NCBI GenBank assembly: GCA_004022145.1
Contig: RCNU01000001.1
Source: Paecilomyces variotii
Lineage: Eukaryota
Length of the DNA stretch: 64,000 nucleotides
Strand: one strand, 5' to 3'
Shown here: positions 60,300 to 64,000 of the stretch, one piece after another
Layout: every line of letters starts with the position of its first letter
Numbering within the stretch: position 1 is the stretch's first letter
Made by a program: the position numbers and the translations under genes
The notes under the pieces: generated by a model
Told to the model about the DNA's origin: nothing
The model's input: the letters and a program-made list of their open reading frames with translations, nothing else
Database searches by the model: none

Positions 60300-61970
60300 A
60301 TGGCAGGTTCCAACCACCAATCCTATCGACGAAGAAAACGGGATACCACAGGCCGTACGGTAGACCTGCTGAACGGTCTCACTGCAGGCGATACACCCCC
60401 ACCATCGTCTCCTCGCAGTATTCTTGAAACGCCGCAATCGACGGATGCCAGACAGGCTAGCCCAGGGGAGGATCGTCATGGCGCTAAACCCGGAGCTTCT
60501 AGCAATGAGTCTGCTGAAGATGGAGATGCTGAGTCCAGCCATGGATCGGACGCAAGTGATTCTGACGATCTCCCATCGATATCGAAGATATTTGAACAGA
60601 GGGAAAGTGAGTCTGAGGGAGCCCTGACCGCCAACGATCACGAAACGTCGAGTAGCGATTCACCCGCCTATGTCGAATTGCTCCCACCTTCGTATGTCAG
60701 CGACGAGGAGGAAGAGAGAGAAGAGGAGAAACAGCAAGGGAAATTACAGCCATTAGTGGAGGTTGCAGTACCAATCTTGTCAAGCCCCTTCGCATCGTCA
60801 CCTAGCGCAGATTCGCAATCTTCCGAACAAATGGACACGGAGATGAGAAATGCAGATGAACAGTCACGAGAAGATTCAAGTGCCGAATTGGATGGGGACG
60901 CCGCCGAATCGGCCAGTGGCTGTTCTGATAATGGATTGGAAAGGTCGGCATCGACTCCAGAGGACACCCCAGATCCCTTATTCCTTGAGGCTTCACAATT
61001 TCTGAACTTAGAGGACAGCTGGTCGATCCTAGTCCAGCGAGCACCCCAACTCGGTGACTTCGCAGAAGACAGAGATGCCAGCCGCTTTGAGAACATCAAC
61101 GGACTTTTGGAAGAATTGCTTCAGTTATACCCTGATCCTGCGAATGAACATTTCAACGGCCATCGGGTTCCATCTGATGCGGCTCACAATCTGATCCAAG
61201 CGATTTTTGATGAGGCGATGGGATTCCTGAACAAAGCCTGCAGAGATGCGAAGAACCTGGACGCTCAAGGCTCCAGGGCTAGAAGAAAGTACCTCTCTGC
61301 GACAGATCTAGTGGATGCATTTGAAGCCCATGTGATCCCAGCGCTCACTTTAGCTACTTGTATGAGCTTACGAGCCCACTACGTTGATGGCAAGCTCCGT
61401 GGACTTGGAGACCTTATGCACGCATTGAAAGTTCTGTATAGACTCTGTGAAAGGATTTCCAACTTGCGTACGGAAGGCTGTCTTGATTGCTCGGCGCGTA
61501 GCAGATTTCTTCTCCGCCCTGTTAAGAGAATTCTTACAGCCCTCGAATATGAATCATCCGGGCGACCGCCGCGCGCAGCTCCTCCGCCTAAAAGGCGACG
61601 CTCGAATACTCCGGAAGTGATAGAATTGGACAGTGATGGGTCCATCAGCCCCGTTCGAGGCTCTCAAGCAAGATGGACTCATCAGGAGGGTGAAGCTCTC
61701 CTCGACGGGCTCAAGCTCTATCAAGGTATGTTTAGACCATATTTCCGGAGAACAAAGGACAACGAAAGTAATATTCATTGGGTGCTACCTGAAGGTCCGG
61801 ATCGTTATCGTCAGATCATCAAGCATTATGGACACAGGCTGAAAGGGCGGACGGTAGCAGACCTACAGGCGAAGGCTCGAGAGATCCGTGACAATTACAG
61901 ACCGGGGATCCAAGAACAGCTACGGAGTCACCGGGGCCAGCAACAGTGGGCATGGCTGCTGAGTGTCTAG
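60300..61970 (+). CDS. Protein with acidic disordered N-terminus and C-terminal Myb/SANT-like domain
   Basis: WTHQEGEALLDGLKLYQ|GPDRYRQIIKHYGHRLKGRTVADLQAKA after removal of a 69 nt in-frame GT..AG intron (61726-61794); basic PPKRRR segment. Confidence 0.7.
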   Translation: MAGSNHQSYRRRKRDTTGRTVDLLNGLTAGDTPPPSSPRSILETPQSTDARQASPGEDRHGAKPGASSNESAEDGDAESSHGSDASDSDDLPSISKIFEQRESESEGALTANDHETSSSDSPAYVELLPPSYVSDEEEEREEEKQQGKLQPLVEVAVPILSSPFASSPSADSQSSEQMDTEMRNADEQSREDSSAELDGDAAESASGCSDNGLERSASTPEDTPDPLFLEASQFLNLEDSWSILVQRAPQLGDFAEDRDASRFENINGLLEELLQLYPDPANEHFNGHRVPSDAAHNLIQAIFDEAMGFLNKACRDAKNLDAQGSRARRKYLSATDLVDAFEAHVIPALTLATCMSLRAHYVDGKLRGLGDLMHALKVLYRLCERISNLRTEGCLDCSARSRFLLRPVKRILTALEYESSGRPPRAAPPPKRRRSNTPEVIELDSDGSISPVRGSQARWTHQEGEALLDGLKLYQGMFRPYFRRTKDNESNIHWVLPEGPDRYRQIIKHYGHRLKGRTVADLQAKAREIRDNYRPGIQEQLRSHRGQQQWAWLLSV

Positions 61971-62298
61971 ATAGGTACATGAGATATTTGAAGCGTTGGT
62001 ATTTACGCAGGATGTATGGAGTACTTCTTGGGCTCAGATAGGTTTGTTTATTTATATGCCGTTTAGGACATGGCTTCATAGAATCGCATCATTACCGATC
62101 AATTATATTTATCCGTGGTAAAATTAAATTTCAGGAACGTAAAAACATACGAAGTCAAAGCCTTCTGACACTTCGCAATAAAAGATTATACTTAGTGACC
62201 TGATAGATAATATAATAAAAACAATGTAGTAGTAATCGTACTAACATAGTTAACAGTAAGATAGAATTGACAAACAAAAAAAAAAGAGCAAAAAGTTA

Positions 62299-62407
62299 TG
62301 ACAAGGGTGGGATTCGAACCCACGCCTCTTGCGAGAAATGAAACCCCTTGTTCAGGGAAGCTTCTGAAGCTTGAGTCATTCGCCTTAGACCACTCGGCCA
62401 CCTTGCC
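62299..62407 (-). tRNA. tRNA-Leu(CAA) with an intron of about 27 nt
   Basis: GGCAAGG/CCTTGTC acceptor, TGGCCGAGTGGTCTAAGGC D-arm, AATGA-CTCAAG..TCATT anticodon arm split by an insertion, long variable arm and GTTCGAATC. Confidence 0.93.
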
Positions 62408-62662
62408 ATTTGATATTATTCATCGATCTGACCATGACTGATATGGAGCTTTTTCCTCATGATATCAAGACCGTCATCACGGCGTGAAGCATGACTCAGG
62501 AATTATAGGATGCAAATAACGACATATCTGCCGTGTGCATATCGTTCTTGGGCGATAGAAAAGAGAAACTATCGAGATAACCATTCTATAGTGTGTGAAA
62601 TGTGCGATTATACCGTAGTTACAACCTTGAGAGTATGCACTTGACAACTAAAACTGAATATA

Positions 62663-63008
62663 CAGTAAAACCTGCCTATAACGAATCATTTTTTCCAGGC
62701 AGTCTAATTCGTAGTATAGAGGATTCGTTGTATAAAAAGTGGGTCTGTATTAGTAATATACGGATTTTTAGTGAGATTTTCGAATAAATTTCCTTAATTG
62801 GTAATTAATGATTAGGTAATCACTGACTAATAAGGTAAATCTGTACTTTTCTATAACGAATTGTATGGGAAAGGTCTGAAAAAATTAATGAATTTCGTAG
62901 TAGGAAGGAATAACGAATTTTGTATGGGAATTTGAATTTGACACGGTGTCAAATTCGTTGTGTAGAGGAATTCGTTATATGCGGTATCGTTATAAAAAGG
63001 TTTTACTG
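62663..63008. mobile_element. MITE, Tc1/mariner-pogo type, 346 bp
   Basis: TA|CAGTAAAACCTgccTATAACGA ... TCGTTATAaaaAGGTTTTACTG|TA. No coding capacity; internal TATAACGAAT/ATTCGT repeats. Confidence 0.88.
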
Positions 63009-64000
63009 TATTATTATTGGTCAGTTAACTATGTTGATGGCCCCCTGATTATCTAATCTAGCCTCGCCTGTCCCATTTGTGGACTAGCGTGAGCCCAATG
63101 TTTTGGTCGTCCGATTGTCATAATAATAAGAATAAAAGAATAACAACATGATTCTTCGTTCTCAATAAAGACACAGCAAGTAACTCAGAAGTCCTGTATT
63201 CGAATGCTACATACTTACCCCCCCATGTCGGGCATCTGCAGAAGTGATGAGGGGTTGGAATGGAGGGGGAAGGGGACTAGAGACGACGCGCCTCCAATAA
63301 TGATCTGCTGAGATGCCACGTCGGCAGTATCAGAGTATTCTCTGTCCTGTATCGCTGGAAGTATCTGACGATCTCGTATATCTCAGCCATTGTATGTACA
63401 TACATAGGTATATATGGCCTTCTCCTCCAGGAGTACTGTCACCGGGACACGAGTATCAAGTCGCGATAGACGTTAACGAGCTTCATCCGAACCTCTCGAT
63501 CCTTGTACGCACCCTGAACTCCTGGGCTCCACCGTTCTGAACGTTGGCCTCATCTGCAATCTCCATCGCAGTTCTTCTGGAGCCACGCGGGCGACCGGCG
63601 TGCTCGACGGACTGTTTTGGCGTCGCCGCGATCGTCCCGAGGCGCGCGCTGGTTGGCCTCGAACAGAGAAACACAACGTTCGTTGGATCGTCGCATCTCC
63701 GCCTGTTGTCCGAGCTCCTTGCTCACCTTCTCCTTCCACCCCCTCCTCTTTTTTCTTTGCTGCGTGTTCCCCTGCCGGGTGTTTCGTCCATCGTCATCGC
63801 TGCTTTCTGTTTGTTCTCATCAACGATTCCGATCTCATCGATCGAGCCCCGGGCGACAACGTGGACCCTTGATCTCTCCCGCTCGTGTCCTGTCCGTGCG
63901 AATTGCAAACACGGGGCTGAACCGGCTTCTCTTTTTCTCGAACGGCCCAATCTCCGGACGTTGGACGGGCTCGGAGGCTCTGGAGCTTGGGTGACAAGTG

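Noticed and set aside
63211-63230. ATACTTACC resembling the U1 snRNA 5' end
   Set aside because: The following sequence shows no U1 stem-loops or Sm site; a 9 nt match is equally a reverse splice-donor consensus.
63313-63997. Multiple overlapping ORFs at the window end
   Set aside because: GC-rich promoter/UTR-like sequence with no recognisable domain; likely upstream of a gene outside the window.

Overview
Gene-dense, intron-containing DNA from a filamentous ascomycete; an Eurotiales-like origin is inferred from gene content and intron style. The left half is accessory/metabolic: an HNH-endonuclease gene, an Rds1-like ferritin-fold gene, a divergent pair of P450s, a GH51 arabinofuranosidase, and a three-gene block of Baeyer-Villiger monooxygenase, beta-lactamase-fold esterase and AlcR-type regulator whose shared promoter is rich in AlcR-type TGCGG sites. 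The centre (29248-38351) is a 9.1 kb Mutator-like DNA transposon with 356 bp TIRs and a 9 bp direct repeat on both flanks. It holds an apparently intact 11-exon DDE transposase, a convergent 8-exon Cys/His-rich gene, and a nested, heavily RIP-decayed 2.1 kb TA-flanked TIR element. The right half is housekeeping: LDB19-type arrestin, GPI12, AEP2-like, LSM3, GTPBP1, CCDC130/YJU2-like, RRD1 and a Myb-like gene. There are four tRNA-Ala(AGC) genes, one intron-containing tRNA-Leu(CAA) and a 346 bp MITE. All spliced models were built by eye and no database searches were run.
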